DNA of 32,000 nucleotides from Candidatus Moranella endobia PCIT (lineage in GTDB: Bacteria; Pseudomonadota; Gammaproteobacteria; Enterobacterales; Enterobacteriaceae): the NCBI RefSeq assembly GCF_000219175.1, contig NC_015735.1:120001-152000 (forward strand), given 5' to 3'. Under the pieces are notes generated by a model. It searched no databases, was not told the DNA's origin, and saw only the letters and a list, made by a program, of their open reading frames with translations. Below, piece after piece: positions 31,801-32,000 of the stretch. How positions within the stretch are numbered: position 1 is the stretch's first letter; each line of letters begins with the position of its first letter. The position numbers and the translations under genes were made by a program.

Positions 31801-32000
31801 CACCCTGTAAATAAGGCAGTAATTCAGCTAGTAGGTTTGCCGGCCCTTCCCAGTATTGTTGCACCATGCGCGCTACTTCCAGTGGCAACTTATGGCAATG
31901 GCTTCGCCAGAATTCAGCGCTTACCTGCTGATACAAGCAAGATTCATCATCCAGGAAAGTTTGCGGAAATAGTATGTTAGAAGTGACCGCGTTGTTTAGT
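28859..32000 (-). CDS. recB: Exodeoxyribonuclease V beta subunit (RecB), 5' end beyond right window edge
   Basis: Frame stays open past the track's TTG start at 31936 to the window edge (NNAVTSNILFPQTFLDDESCLYQQVSAEFWRSHCHKLPLE). RYPVAIIDEFQDTDPQQYRIF, GDPKQAIYAFRGADIFTYM, TVHKSKGLEFPLVFLPF, LLYVALTRS, nuclease motif FRGMLKGYIDLVFRWQGRYYLLEYKSNWLG. Confidence 0.97.
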   Translation of the reverse strand, partial: LNNAVTSNILFPQTFLDDESCLYQQVSAEFWRSHCHKLPLEVARMVQQYWEGPANLLAELLPYLQGELPMVCNPPDITESILARHARIIAVIADLKQQWRTSALELMTLLESHKLDRRIYSSNNLRTWLAKIDYWVSEPTVDDQVPNELARFKSSVLEEQTTDGEPPRHELFAAVEAFYQSRLSLRELIFFMALIEIRQALKQEKQRRNEIGFDDLLSRLDQALAGGSSGAALAESVRKRYPVAIIDEFQDTDPQQYRIFRQIYVGQSNCGMLLMGDPKQAIYAFRGADIFTYMCARNEVDAHYTLDTNWRSSPGMINAVNHLFQSLPSPFIFSDIPFLPVMPATVNQTLRLVVQHQPQPALRIWLQPGAGVGISEYKQYMARQCAATIQDLLCAACEGKAWLEGRLGKQQLIQASDITVLVRNRSEAALVYAALAELLIPAVQLSNRDSVFNTPEARELQWILQAVLTTEKKNELRRALATCLLGLNATAIDTLNNDERLWNKMVEDFAGYRQHWQKHGILPMLRKIMVKFCIAESLLASQGGERRLTNLLHLGELLQEASTQIVDNEFALVRWLALQVASPNSQETNQQLRLENDRHLVQIMTVHKSKGLEFPLVFLPFAADFRVQKRPMFHDRDKYGAWLDLSAAKDSLLLAEEERLAEDVRLLYVALTRSIYHCSIGIAPLYRGSRKKSGISDLHLSALGYLVQQGQDGNVEHLHERLADLVARASGDIFLCDSLTWPAVTKLKLTPTPTPLLQARSWPAPPKDIWSWKVTSGMQLYGSSSIIESQPRLDVDALGEKQEERKEELLQLTPHTFPRGAVSGTFLHGLFKNIDFNRPLDQQYLSDVLTQKGIKAIWLPVIMHWIKSIITIPLDGYSLSLNQLTPASRYAELSFYLPIDAVVQAHKLDRICKRYDPLSARCPPLDFLQFRGMLKGYIDLVFRWQGRYYLLEYKSNWLGEDIDAYTRPAIEQAMITHRYVLQYQLYALALHRFLGQRLLDYNYQRDFGGIYYLFMRGIDLAQPENGLFYCRPDIVLVEELNNLFIG

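Noticed and set aside
1-32000. A novel defence, mobile or biosynthetic system
   Set aside because: Most of the window is accounted for by conserved core genes, pseudogene remnants and short AT-rich spacers. I saw no repeat arrays, transposases, integrases, reverse transcriptases or unexplained multi-gene cassette.

Overview
The window is 32 kb of compact, core-gene gammaproteobacterial chromosome. The proteins look enterobacterial (Sodalis-allied or similar insect-endosymbiont type), identified from recall of E. coli protein sequences rather than a search. Left to right: a partial OmpF/OmpC-type porin running off the left edge; rpsF-priB-rpsR-rplI; pgl (ybhE); a heavily decayed glyA pseudogene; lpxH; tRNA-Val(GAC) with a probable decayed second copy; ribE; rluB; the trp promoter/operator/attenuator and trpE-trpG-trpCF-trpB-trpA, with the trpD phosphoribosyltransferase missing; yciC; then on the minus strand pgi, tldD, mepM and znuA; divergent znuCB; ruvB, ruvA, ruvC, yebC, aspS, ibpB, ibpA and a 5'-truncated (window edge) recB. 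I found no CRISPR array, prophage, transposon, toxin-antitoxin pair or defence island, and nothing I would call an undescribed system. The most informative signals are degenerative and regulatory: (1) a trp operon lacking trpD, where the gap may keep the last trpD codons; (2) a trp promoter/operator with E. coli-like geometry, followed by an attenuator whose tandem Trp codons have lost an in-frame start; (3) glyA decay; (4) a tRNA-Val remnant with a shrunken anticodon loop; (5) recB without an adjacent recD; (6) loss of nudB between yebC and aspS.
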